A stretch of DNA of 63,167 nt, the filler included, from Asterionella formosa (taxonomy: Eukaryota): the NCBI GenBank assembly GCA_002256025.1. It is 17 parts of 17 records of this genome, joined end to end, with 100 filler letters (N's around TTAATTAATTAA, not from the genome) between each part and the next. Parts side by side here need not be neighbours in the genome. Positions count along the whole stretch, not along the records: positions 7,469 to 11,099 come from NKIB01014011.1; positions 11,200 to 14,833 come from NKIB01014013.1; positions 14,934 to 18,563 come from NKIB01014014.1; positions 18,664 to 22,291 come from NKIB01014015.1; positions 22,392 to 26,018 come from NKIB01014016.1; 12 more parts are not named here. One strand, 5' to 3'. The notes beneath the pieces are model-generated. The model was not told where the DNA came from. It searched no databases and saw nothing but the letters and a program-made list of their open reading frames with translations. The position numbers and the translations under genes are program-made. Below, one piece after another: positions 10,928 through 22,441 of this stretch (positions within the stretch are counted from its first letter, which is position 1; each line of letters opens with the position of its first letter).

Positions 10928-11099
10928 TGTGGAGGGGAGCAAGTTGCTGCCGATAATACTATTAACACAAAGTTATCTCCCATCACTTGTCCCCCCGTCA
11001 CACTCATTGCTGATTCTGGTAGTTCTGGCAATTACGCCACTGTTGATTTACCTGTCATCAACAAACGACCTACCACCAACCCTATCACCATTCAACTTC
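10928..11099 (+). CDS. Start of pol (aspartic protease), in frame with gag after TGA, truncated by contig end
   Basis: Stop-free frame CGGEQVAADNTINTKLSPITCPPVTLIADSGSSGNYATVDLPVINKRPTTNPITIQL. Catalytic DSG at 11012-11020. No ATG, so it is missing from the ORF track. Confidence 0.75.
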
Positions 11100-11199
11100 N
11101 NNNNNNNNNNNNNNNNNNNNNNNNNNNNNNNNNNNNNNNNNNNTTAATTAATTAANNNNNNNNNNNNNNNNNNNNNNNNNNNNNNNNNNNNNNNNNNNN

Positions 11200-14100
11200 A
11201 GTGGAAACTCGAAGAGAGTCTTAGAACGACTTTGCGGGAAGCAAAGATGCATGGAAAGGAAACATTTAGTTTAGCTTAAAATTTAATTTGAGTTTTAGAT
11301 TATCAACCAAGAACGAAACAGTGTGTTAATTGACAGGAAGGTCAATTAGTCTATCTAGCAGGAAGGCTAGAAGCAGAGACAAGAGAGAAAGTAAGTGGTA
11401 CTAGGTAGTACTACGAGCACGTAAGAGTCTACGTGAAGAGAGACCCAGCCTGCGGGAAGGAGTACGGACCATTTCAACACGTTTTAAAGCGGATAGGTTT
11501 GAAAGGGTGGTACTACTCAAGATGGGAATTGATGACGAATCGCCAGGAGTGCAGTTGCCAACATTTGATGGTACCGATGCCAAGTGACATGTTTGTAAAG
11601 CGAAGTTTGTGGCCTATGCCTGCTACAAAGGTTTTGAAGGAATCCTAAGTGGAGATGAAGTATCACCAGGTGAGAGCAGAGATTCAGCTGGAATGAAGAT
11701 TGTCCCAAGCGACAACGCACAATGAGAAGCGTGCGAAACGAAATAATATGGTTGCCTATGCAAGTTTGATTATGGCATGTCAGAGTGGACCATTTGGATA
11801 AGTAAATGGTGCCAGAAGTGAAGAGTTCCCCAGTGGAAATGCGAAGGAAGCGTGGGACAAGTTAGTGTCTACGTACGAGTCAAGTAATATGGCAAATGTG
11901 ATTGCATTGTCAGGTCAATGGACAAAATGCACGATTAACGAGAGTGAGAACCCCAACTTTTGGTTTGAGGAGTTGGATAGAATTCGAGAACGATTGATCT
12001 GTACGAGCTCCGCAATTTCGGATGGTGCCTATGTGGCCCATGTTATCAACAACCTACCGGAAGTCTACAAGAGTTTGGTGGTTGAAAATTTTGGTCTCGC
12101 GAGCTCCGAGCTCACGATCCAAGAGGTTAAGAAAAATGTACGCAACTATTACGATTTGTATGTGCGTGACGAAAACAAGACGAATAAGAATGGCGAGCAG
12201 GCCTTCTTTTCAAAGAGCAAGTTTAAGGGAGACTGCAGGAAGTGTGGCAAGTATGGTCACAAGGCAGTTGATTGCCGAAGCAAGGACAATACTACAGAAA
12301 AGAAAGAATTAACTCCCAAGCAACAAAGTAAGAGAAAGAATGTGAAGTGTTATAATTGCCAGAAGATAGGGCACTATGCCAGTGAGGGCAACAATCAACA
12401 AACTGCACCAATCAAGCAGAAGGGAGAAGACGCCAATACCACTACGCAAGGAATGTTCGTGGTGACGTGTATTGAGGCAAGGTACAATGAAGAGGTAAAT
12501 CATACATGCATGCATAAGGACTGTTAGCTACTAGACAGTGGTTCTACGGTACATATATGCAATGATGAGCGCATCATGGAGGACAAGCGCACAGTGCGTG
12601 AAACAGTACTTGTTGGAAACGGAGCAGCAATTGTTGCGACCGAATCAGGCACGGTGACCCTAACGACGACAGACAAAGGAAAAGTGTTGAAACTCACCAA
12701 TGTGCTCTATGCACCGGAGTTCAAGCAGCAGAACCTTATCAGCATTTCGAGAGTTATTGACAAGGGAAACAAAGTTATGTTTGATGATGATAAGATGACG
12801 ATCAGAAACAACAACGGATTTTTGATCTGCAAACGTGATGAAACGAGGACGATTGGCGCAATGTACCATGTGCAAGGAACGCCTATTCTAAAGGAAACAG
12901 TGTTGAAGGTTGAACAAGAAAGCTAGGAGCCAACACAACAATCTATCGACTATGATAAAGAAGACAAGAGTGAATGGACGAAAGTAGAAGACGACAAAAG
13001 CGATTAGTGAAACGATCGAGAAAAGAAACGCTAACGAAAATAATGATGTGATTGTGGAAATAAATGAAGCGCATGAAATGCTTGGACATGAAGGAGAAAA
13101 ATGTCTTCTTGAGGAGACATCTAAATTATTTGGGTGGAAACTTGTGGGAAAATTAAAGGCGTGCGCAGGATGCGCAGCAGCCAAGGCGAAAGCACGCGCA
13201 GTACCCAAGATGACGCAAGAGAATGTGATGACGCAGGTGAGAACTCCAAGCAACTAAAGAAAGTATGTGAAAACCAAGGTGTCAAGATGGAATTTACGGC
13301 ACCTCATACTCCGCAGCACAATGGTGTTGTGGAATGTGGTTTTGTTACAGTGTGTCAGAGAGCACTCGCTATGATGCTAAGTGCGAAGTTTACAGATGAA
13401 TATCAGGGGCTATTGTGGGCAGAAGCGGTACATACTGCGACAAGATTGACGAACAGTACAGTGAATTCAGTGACTAAGAAGAGTCCTGATGATGTGTTCT
13501 ATGGAGAAACGAATACAAGGCGGCCTGAAGCTCTACAGGCAATTTGGACATGTTGGTTGGGTTACTATAAGAGAAGGTGACAATAAATTAGATGCACGTT
13601 CCATCAAGTGTGTCTTTTTGGATACTCAGATGACCACTCCCAAGATATGTATCGCATGTATAATCACGAGACAAGTACCGTGATCATTACACGTGACGTA
13701 AAGTGGAGTGAGTGGCATGGAACAAATGTACCAACGGATGGACTAGAGAAAATGTTCAAACCAGTCACCAACCAACAGGCAGGATACGAGGATAACAGTA
13801 CGAGAAGATAATGAAGAGTTACATGACGATTTTTATGACGAGTTCGAAACTCAAGAAGTGTCCGACAATGAAAATGAAGACGATGAGACAAGCAAGAATT
13901 GGGGAGGAAAACTAAACAATCAACTAAGATAGATGGTACTACGAAATACAAAGATACAGGTACCAATACCCCAATTGTGAAGACAACACGTGCGGAAAGC
14001 GCTCAGTCTAAGCAAGCGAAGTTAGCACGTGAAATGCGAAGATTGGACTCATCGTTCAATCCTACGAATACGAAAATTATGAAATTTTCAGGAGATACTG

Positions 14101-14833
14101 AGATGCCTAGTGTTATCGAGGAGGATGACATAAAAGAAGTTACGAAGAATACAATACGAGAAATTGACCGGTATGAAAATTAAGTCATATGCAATGCCAG
14201 GCGCACCAGGAAAGATATTGAACAAGAATGACGGTGAAGTCATTATGGAAGGAGAATATCGAAAAATTGTGGGCAAGTTACTATGGTCTACAAAGAAGGA
14301 TTTGCCGGACTGTGCAAGTGCGGTTCGGGAATTATCGGCTCATTTGAGCTGCCCAGGTGAAGAACAATGGCGTGTAGTGGCAAGAGTTATTGGTTACCTA
14401 TCCAATATGGAGGATAGAATTCTCAAGTTGCGTAAGCCAAAAGAGTTAAGAGTCATTGCCTACGTGTACAGTGACTGGGCTGCTAATAAGGTTAACAGGA
14501 GGAGTACGACTGGCTATCTTGTTACTATTGGTGGGGCACTTATCAGTTGGCAGTCGAAAGTACAAAAAATGGTTATGCTGTCTTGCACGGAAGCCGAGTA
14601 TGTGGCGATGTCCCAGTGTGGACAAGAGATCAAGTTCATAGCAATGCTACTGAATGAGGTTACTGGTGGTAAGGTCATGTTACCAAGTATCCTACGAGAA
14701 GACAACACAGGAGCTATTTTTATCGCGAAGAATCAGAAAATTGGAACCAGTACAAAACACATTGATATTAAGTATCATCATGTAAAGGACATGATTGAGG
14801 ATGAAGAATTGGAGGTCATTTTTATAAGGTTGG
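11200..14833 (+). mobile_element. Degenerate Ty1/copia element: LTR end, gag, PR, partial IN, partial RT, RNase H
   Basis: Two knuckles, LLDSGSTVHIC, integrase HHCC region plus EFTAPHTPQHNGVVE, RNase H SDWAA..RRSTTG..TEAEY..EDNTGA..KHIDIKYH. Order PR-IN-RT-RH. Internal deletions near 13225 and 14150. Confidence 0.95.
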
Positions 14834-15139
14834 NNNNNNNNNNNNNNNNNNNNNNNNNNNNNNNNNNNNNNNNNNNNTTAATTAATTAANNNNNNNNNNN
14901 NNNNNNNNNNNNNNNNNNNNNNNNNNNNNNNNNGGTGTGCAAACCAGTAGTACCTGGTAGTAAAGTGCTGCTCCAGCAGTATGGTGCTGCCGTCATTGAC
15001 AGGGCAGAACCGATTTAGCGCTACTGTTGGTAATATACCAGCATTGCTCCTAGTAGCTACTACTAGTATACAAATGACCAGTATACTGACTCTCACTCAA
15101 CAAAATTCGTTATTTTCGATTTTGTTTTTGAACTCATTG

Positions 15140-16127
15140 TCGTTCGTCTTCTTGATGAGTTCGACGCCTTCTTTCGCAGTTTCTTCGTCGTCATAGATTG
15201 TAATCGTCACCCCGACATACATTCCGGTTTCTTAGTCTTTATCGTTTTCGTCTTTCTTATTTTTCTCAGGGCAATCTTTCGCAATGTGTCCAGCATACTT
15301 ATTACAATTGAAACATTTGACTCCTTTGCCAAGGGCTTCATCGTCTTTTGCTCGTTTCTTGTTCCCACCACCAGCAGTGTTTGCTTTTGATCGGCATTCC
15401 GCTGCCTTGTGTCCCTGCTTTCCACAGTTGTGACAGTTCCCTATAAACTTTCCTACGACAAACAAAGCGAATTCGTCTTCATTCTTGTCTGTTGTCATGA
15501 ACTTGCGCTTGTAGAACGCCCTGATCTTAGCCTTGATCTCCGTAAGCGTCACGTTCTTTACTCCTTCAACCATAGTAATGACTTTGCTGTACTCTCCTGA
15601 AGGTTTGTCAATGATATGCGCGATAATTTTGGCGTCCTTTTTCTCGAAGTCGATATCAATCTGTATCATCCTGTTCCTGATGTTGTCTAACTTAATGAAC
15701 AATTCATCAGGGTCTTGTTTTGTATCCTTGAGGTTGCACTTGTTGAATTCCCCAGCAAGCTGAATCAAATCCGATGGTTCGTTGGGCGCATACCTGTCGT
15801 TAAGGTTCTTCCATCCTAAGAAAGCATCGCCATCGATTAGGTCGCTCCTTAGTCTTTGCATGATTTGCTAACCCAGCCAAAAGCGATTCCAGTACAGCTG
15901 AGGATTAAAAACTGGTAAGCTTTATCGTTATCCTCATACTTTTTCTTCTCTTCGTCGTGCGTCGAAGTCAAATAGACCGCATCTGAGCATGGTTTCGTGT
16001 CGTTGGCATAGACATGGCGAAACCCCTTGCTTTTGGCCAGAGCAAGCGCCTTCACGCTCCACTCATGCCAATGGTTTTCGTCTCCATCAAACTTGATGGT
16101 TCCAACTTTCTCTTCTGTTGTAGTCAT
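15140..16127 (-). mobile_element. Ty1/copia gag relic of another family
   Basis: KFDGDENHWHEWSVK start, UBN2-like gag core, knuckles CHNCGKQGHKAAEC and CFNCNKYAGHIAKDC. Frameshift near 15870. Confidence 0.85.
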
Positions 16128-17109
16128 GCTACTTATCTTTTGCTTTGTAGATACAAAGGTTTGTTTATAAATGTGTTAATGTACCTAGTACTCTTGAGTA
16201 GTATATGTCTAGTATACTTATCTCTCAACTAGCTATTTCTCGTGATCTACTACTTCTAGATCTTTAGTAAACGTCAGAAACTCACTTTCTGCTTTACTTC
16301 ATTGTGAGCTTTCTACTACTTAGCAAGAGCTCCTTCCTAAGATCCATTTTCGATCTTTCAACTTCTACTTCAATCATCTCGTCATCGTCTTTACCAAAAC
16401 AATTCTGTGGTCCCTGGGAGCCACATTTACTATGATAACACATAGTTGGAGCATAATCATAGTTGCAGTCACTTTTGTGACTCGACTCAAGTGATCCCTT
16501 CACTATTTGTCAACATGTGTCTTGAAGGTTAAATGCACGGTGCAATGCTGCAAAAATACGTTTCAGTTGCTCGTGCTGAGTGAGGAATCACAAAAACCCA
16601 ATACCAGTACACGGAGTCGGGAGTGGTGTGTAGGCCGATAGTTAAAAAATTTCGTATGTATGTACGGGTAGCAGGTTTACCGATACCCAAATCACGCATT
16701 GTGAGGAAGCAAACAGGAATACCAGTAGTGGGTGCCATAACTTCTTGCTATGTAATACCGGTATATCTACGGTACCAGGTATTGATTTTAATGTATGTCC
16801 GCGCAGCATCAGTACACTACCTGGTAGAATATTGGTAGTCGATTCTGCTTCTGCCTCTCAGTCAAATATACGGCACCGCTACAAACCCATTACGGGTTCT
16901 TTCCGGCTCGACAGGCTGACATCAGTCTCCCTTTGCGGCCCGATAAGAAAGCCTTAACATCTCCTTCCTTTAACTTTATATACATCGCTGCATAGTACGT
17001 TTTCGCCTGAGTAAAAGGGCTATATATGTTAAAGAGAAAGAATTGAAATTTGAACTAGTAATAATTAGTCGTGAGCCAGTCACAACATGAAAAATTCCAC
17101 AGACACATA

Positions 17110-17900
17110 TCAGTCTGGACTGGAAGGACTCAATACTGCTTTCATGGAATGATGTAAACAACAGTCAACACAATGATAGACACCCATGGAACATATAGTA
17201 CAACATGTCTGAGTCTTTCTTTTGCAGGCTACACATGTAGTTTGGGGGTGGGAACTGTCAGCATCCACAACCTCTGTCCCGATAAATTTCTTGCCTTTAG
17301 GTAGCCGGAAAACTCTGTGCTCAGCATTTTTTGTCAATCTCGATGACCTTCGAGGCGATTCTTCTTCTTCTTCTTTGTAATAAGGATTACATACCAATGC
17401 CTCTGCCAAAAGCTTGCGAAAACCGAGCATGCCATCAACCTTCTCCTTGCAGAAGCAAGTGTTTATATGCCGTTATGGCATTTACTTCCGTGACTGACAA
17501 GATGAATGCGAACACTCTATTTGGCCATTTCGTCGCCCATACCACCTCCAAACTGATTGGGGAATGCCTTTTTGCATTATGGTCGTCAACAGCATGCCGA
17601 AACTTGTAGTGGTTGTGGATAACCTCTGTATATGTAATATTTTTTTGGCGCTTTGTTCCTTACAGCTCAGTCGCATCAGCATCATCCACAGTCCCGGGAG
17701 TTGTGACCACAATGGCCATCACCTCTTTACCTCTAATTTTCTTGAGCTCCCTCTGCAGAACTGTCATTCCTTCAAGTCGATGACCTTTTCCAATGTTCAG
17801 ATGATGATTTCGGACCAATAGTGAGGGTTGAATGTACTTTGATAGGCATGAAACGACGGCACCGTTGCCCATGGTCAATTTTCGTTTTCGCGCCATCCTG
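17110..17900 (-). mobile_element. piggyBac-like transposase relic, internally deleted
   Basis: Across frames: EVIHNHYKFRHAVDDHNAKRHSPISLE..WPNRVFAFILSVTEVNA..FRKLLAEALV and a Cys-rich tail CVAC..CCTIC..CVDC. The N-terminus is joined almost directly to the C-terminal part. Confidence 0.75.
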
Positions 17901-18667
17901 CACAAACATTTTTGAGATTTTTTCGGCTGTAGGCTTCTCATGTATCTGAATTTTTTAAGCCTATAAGCTTATTGCCATGCATACCTTCAGAAACCTACAG
18001 TTCTGTAGATTTAGATAAACTTTTCAGAAATGAAATATCCGTTGAATTGATCTAGGGGCAAGGGTTTGAAACCCAGACTGAATCCAGTCTATTAGACTGA
18101 AATCAGCCTAGCCGGAAAGAATCCAATAATTAATACCTAGGTGTTACAGATTAGTCCAGATATCTGGACTAAATGCAAGTGTCCAATCCATCCACGAAAA
18201 GGGCAAAAAGCGATGACTTGAACGGACAGATAAAATCATCGTTGGCGAAAAACCTTGGTAGACACACCTTCTACATACATCCTGACTAAATAGACTTTGA
18301 AACAATAAGCTATAATGGTAACGACCTCGTCAAACGATGTCTCGTTGTGATGCCTTTTTTCAAAAGTTGAACTTCATCCAGGTATCAGGTATCTGGACCA
18401 AATCTGGACCTCCTCCTGTCGCTGGTTGTAGAAAGCTAACGGGTGCCATGTATAGTAGAATAGATTACTACTTTTACTTTCAAACGGTTCAATGGCGTAG
18501 CTGCTCCAAGTAGAACAGATAGCTCAAACAATGCTTGTATTTTTGCATTGGACGTGACCAAGTNNNNNNNNNNNNNNNNNNNNNNNNNNNNNNNNNNNNN
18601 NNNNNNNTTAATTAATTAANNNNNNNNNNNNNNNNNNNNNNNNNNNNNNNNNNNNNNNNNNNNGCAT

Positions 18668-21019
18668 GTGTATTGTGTAAACACTACGCTGGCGGAACAT
18701 GCATATTACACTGTGCTCTGTTCAACAATTACTACACTCGGTTACCATCACACCAGTTCCACCTCCACAGGCGCCGCAATAAGCTCCGCGAAAAGCTCCG
18801 CGTTTCCCTTCCACTGTTTTACATCATTGTCTTCTGGCCCTTCGACAACTTTCCAAATGGCATTTCATGGATTTCATGGAAAGGATCAGTCAAACAAGAA
18901 ACGAGACTTACTTCCATTGTTTACACTACACGACTTTATGTTTTCGGAAAAGAAGATGAAGAAAGTTATGAAATCAATCGAAGATTCATTTGAATACACT
19001 CAAAGATCAAATGAATTTGAACAGATTCATAATACTCCAGAAAAAATAATGAAGTATGCCGATACAATAGTGGCTGAGATTGAAAAGAAGGAAAGATTGC
19101 TTTCGAAGAGGAAAACCAAACAGTTGGTCTTCGTGGATGAAGACTCTATTCGTACAGAGTCACAGTTCCACCATCCAGTGTCGTATTTTGCTCCTCATTC
19201 TCCCGAAATCGCTGATAATGAAGAAGAAATCAGTGATTCTCATTCATTTGATGAACAAATTCATGCGATGAATGAAAATATCGGCGGAAATGTGGCAGAC
19301 AACACTTCAGAAGTAGAAATGGTTGAAAAGTTGCAAAACCAAGAAACATATCTCACTATCCGTCCAGAACATCAACATGAACATCATAAAAGCAGAGAAA
19401 CTATTGCATTTCTAAAAGAAAAGATATTCAAGAAAAAGTCTGACCTAGATCAAGACCTCGAATTCAAGAAGATCAATGCAGACAGAGATGTGATGCTGGC
19501 TAAGGCAGTTGATGCTCTGAATAGGGAACGAAGTCAGAAACACAAAATTGAATCTTTTTCCAAATCATACATGGAAGAAAAAGAATTTCTTTGTAAAATC
19601 ATTGAAAACGATCCCGGAGGCAGCTACTTTTGTGAAGAGTCGGCATGTGAAATGTGTAGAGTTATTATGCCAAAGCAAACGGCATTTTCCTTGAGTTTGC
19701 CGAAATCGCATGGACAACTAAAATTGTGGAAAGATTTGTACATTCGTACCCCGCAAGATATATGCAATTACGCCTCTGTATTTTATGGACTCAAAGGTAT
19801 CAAAAAATCATCTTCAGATTTTAAAGATCTTGCATATTGGGACCTTGAAACAATTACCTCTATGATCCATTATATAATTCATGAACTTCATCCAAGTGAT
19901 GTAAAGGTTATATTTGATCTTGATGAGAACCCAGAAAAGGGTAATAACAATCCATATATATACCAAGGTGATTGTCATCCACTTCATCACGAAAGTAACT
20001 ATGTGCTAATTGTGTATTGCAAAAGATCAGACGAGGAGGAAAACAATCATTTTGTGCATTATCTTTTTGCTATAAATGATGGATTATGTCAAGTCCGTGA
20101 TCCAGGAAAAGATGCAAGTTTGGATGAACATTATGATCAAGTATTTCACCTTGCCCGTAAGTACTGCATCATCCCTGGATGCAGAAAAGAATTTGAATTG
20201 TTATGCACCGATACAGGATATCTTCCACAAGAATTCCATATACCTGAAGAAATTGGGTTCTCGGAATCTTTCTATACTGGCACCAAAGCACCATTGCAGA
20301 TCAGTATGGCCACTGAACATGATTCCATGTTATTTCAACCAGAAGATGACAGTGGATGGTCATGTGGACCTTTTACAATTGTGAAAGTGTTGGAAACTCT
20401 ATTGCAATTAGAAAGGAATGGCAAAACCAAATTTCTTGGCAAACGGGCACATTTCCGTTTGGAGACTGAGTCCTGGAAAGTTTTAAAACGTCAGGTGGTA
20501 CCAACAGATCGAACAGACGATTTCTTATCCATTACATCTGACCCACCAACCAAGTCAACATACTTTCATCTTGGAACAGTTTGGCCTCAAGTGACAACGA
20601 CAAATTCTCGTGAGGATATGTTTCAGTTGGAAATAACTGTTCTTCAATTTTGTATCGACAAAATCTTGACATCCTATTTAGATTTAAAAATGTTGAACGA
20701 AGTATTTGGACGAGTTCCTTGCAACTCTTCTTTCAAGAAGCATGAAGTTGTCTACGTAAAATCCATGATGCAACAAAGTAATGACAAACTTGCTCCCTTC
20801 AAATGGTATAATCATGCACCTCTTGGCAAAATTTCTGGATGCATCAAAATTGACAAAATGTTGAAAAAAAAATTTGTATCTGATGATAGCCCTTCTGGAA
20901 TCAAATTGAAGAAGTTTGCAGACTCATATCGAACTGCAGTTGAAAAGTGGAGAAGCAAAATTTCGGACGAAACGAGAAGGACCATCTTAGGTTCTTTGGG
21001 AGTGAAAAAGAACAAATAA
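18668..21019 (+). CDS. Hypothetical protein (~720-780 aa; first ATG at 18857) with a possible Ulp1/C48-like cysteine protease domain
   Basis: Uninterrupted 2.35-kb ORF. Charged coiled-coil-like N-half. His (20048), Asp (20099) and QPEDDSGWSCG with Cys at 20363. Confidence 0.7.
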   Translation: MYCVNTTLAEHAYYTVLCSTITTLGYHHTSSTSTGAAISSAKSSAFPFHCFTSLSSGPSTTFQMAFHGFHGKDQSNKKRDLLPLFTLHDFMFSEKKMKKVMKSIEDSFEYTQRSNEFEQIHNTPEKIMKYADTIVAEIEKKERLLSKRKTKQLVFVDEDSIRTESQFHHPVSYFAPHSPEIADNEEEISDSHSFDEQIHAMNENIGGNVADNTSEVEMVEKLQNQETYLTIRPEHQHEHHKSRETIAFLKEKIFKKKSDLDQDLEFKKINADRDVMLAKAVDALNRERSQKHKIESFSKSYMEEKEFLCKIIENDPGGSYFCEESACEMCRVIMPKQTAFSLSLPKSHGQLKLWKDLYIRTPQDICNYASVFYGLKGIKKSSSDFKDLAYWDLETITSMIHYIIHELHPSDVKVIFDLDENPEKGNNNPYIYQGDCHPLHHESNYVLIVYCKRSDEEENNHFVHYLFAINDGLCQVRDPGKDASLDEHYDQVFHLARKYCIIPGCRKEFELLCTDTGYLPQEFHIPEEIGFSESFYTGTKAPLQISMATEHDSMLFQPEDDSGWSCGPFTIVKVLETLLQLERNGKTKFLGKRAHFRLETESWKVLKRQVVPTDRTDDFLSITSDPPTKSTYFHLGTVWPQVTTTNSREDMFQLEITVLQFCIDKILTSYLDLKMLNEVFGRVPCNSSFKKHEVVYVKSMMQQSNDKLAPFKWYNHAPLGKISGCIKIDKMLKKKFVSDDSPSGIKLKKFADSYRTAVEKWRSKISDETRRTILGSLGVKKNK

Positions 21020-21141
21020 TGGACCATTGGTAGTATAGAGCAGAATCAATGTTTTCCTATCATCTATGATATGTCTTGCATTGTAGAAGTCTCACACTAA
21101 CTATAATTATTATGTAACTACTAAGTATGCATTGGATTCTA

Positions 21142-22291
21142 TTAGATCCATTCAAAATCAACATCGTCATCAATGTCCCGTTGATTAATGCGGTCATTAT
21201 AATCAATATTCCTTTCAGGAACATTTGGTTGAAGTGATTCAACATATTGATGTATATCCTCTTCACTTACGTTGGGAAATGAGAAGTATGAGTGTGGGTA
21301 GATGATATTTGCGGTGGGAGTAGCAATTCCACTAGGATTCCTTCCATATTCAGATCGATTCTTTTGTGAAAGTCCAGTGTAGATTTCCTTATAATAAACG
21401 AGTAAATCATCAGTCCATTGATCAGTAAGACCATTTGAAACTGAACTTTCTTCCCTCACACTTTTTTTAATAAGTGGTTTCCCACCAATGTCGACAAAAT
21501 CGGTAGAATGACGAATTTCGTTCTCTGAAATTTCATGGGTATCTGGATTGAAACCCAAATATTTTTGTTGTAATCGGAATTTTCCTTTCAGCACCAAGAA
21601 GCAAAATGCTTCTGTACTGGCATTGATCAGCGAACCAACAAAACGTGTTTGCAATTCACACTGTGCCCGAAGACTGAGTTGAAATTTGGTCACACCAGAT
21701 TTGTCTCCTGTTAAAAATGGTTCTCCACGGCTTGTCCTGCCTATAAAATACACCGGAGCAAGAACATCACGCCAGACTTGGTATCCATGGCTTCCCCTGT
21801 CAATGTCCTTTGACTGCGCAAAACGATAAAGCGTCAACGCCCACCTAATAAAGTCATCAATATCCATAGTCTGGAAGTTATATTCTGTTAAACCAGCTGG
21901 TGTGTCATGAATTATGTTAGCAAACATATTTGATAAGAATATAATCCCCGACTCAAAACATCATGCTTTCGGTGCATCTCCCTGCAAGAACTTACCTAAG
22001 ATTCCTTTAAATTGATTATTCAATACATTCTGACATTCTCTCAACTTTTTAATGCACATGCCACCAAATGTTGATTTGATGTAATCTAAACGTGCCTTGT
22101 TGGTACGTTCAATGGTCTGATTCATTGGAAGTAGTGCATCAGAACCATTCCATATGAAATCGGCAAGCTCTGGGTCACTCTCCACTTCTTTGCCTAACTC
22201 CGGTTTCACTGTGTATAGCCGAGTTAGGCAACATTCGGCAAACCAATCCTGTTTGTGATTGGAAATGCCTTTCATACTACTTGGACCAGAT
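21142..22291 (-). CDS. Hypothetical protein (>=340 aa), two exons (<22291-21996, 21896-21142), convergent with the previous ORF
   Basis: A 99-nt intron 21995-21897 with GTAAG donor, GCTAAC branch point and CAG acceptor joins ORFs 21961..22275 and 21142..21927 in frame (phase 1). Confidence 0.75.
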
Positions 22292-22441
22292 NNNNNNNNN
22301 NNNNNNNNNNNNNNNNNNNNNNNNNNNNNNNNNNNTTAATTAATTAANNNNNNNNNNNNNNNNNNNNNNNNNNNNNNNNNNNNNNNNNNNNGACACAAAA
22401 AGATAACTTCCCTTTCTTCCCTTGACTGTATTGCTTATCAC

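Noticed and set aside
18664..22291. Giant-virus or Polinton insertion
   Set aside because: No capsid, packaging ATPase, PolB or integrase motifs seen, and one gene has a canonical spliceosomal intron. Not excluded, but unsupported.
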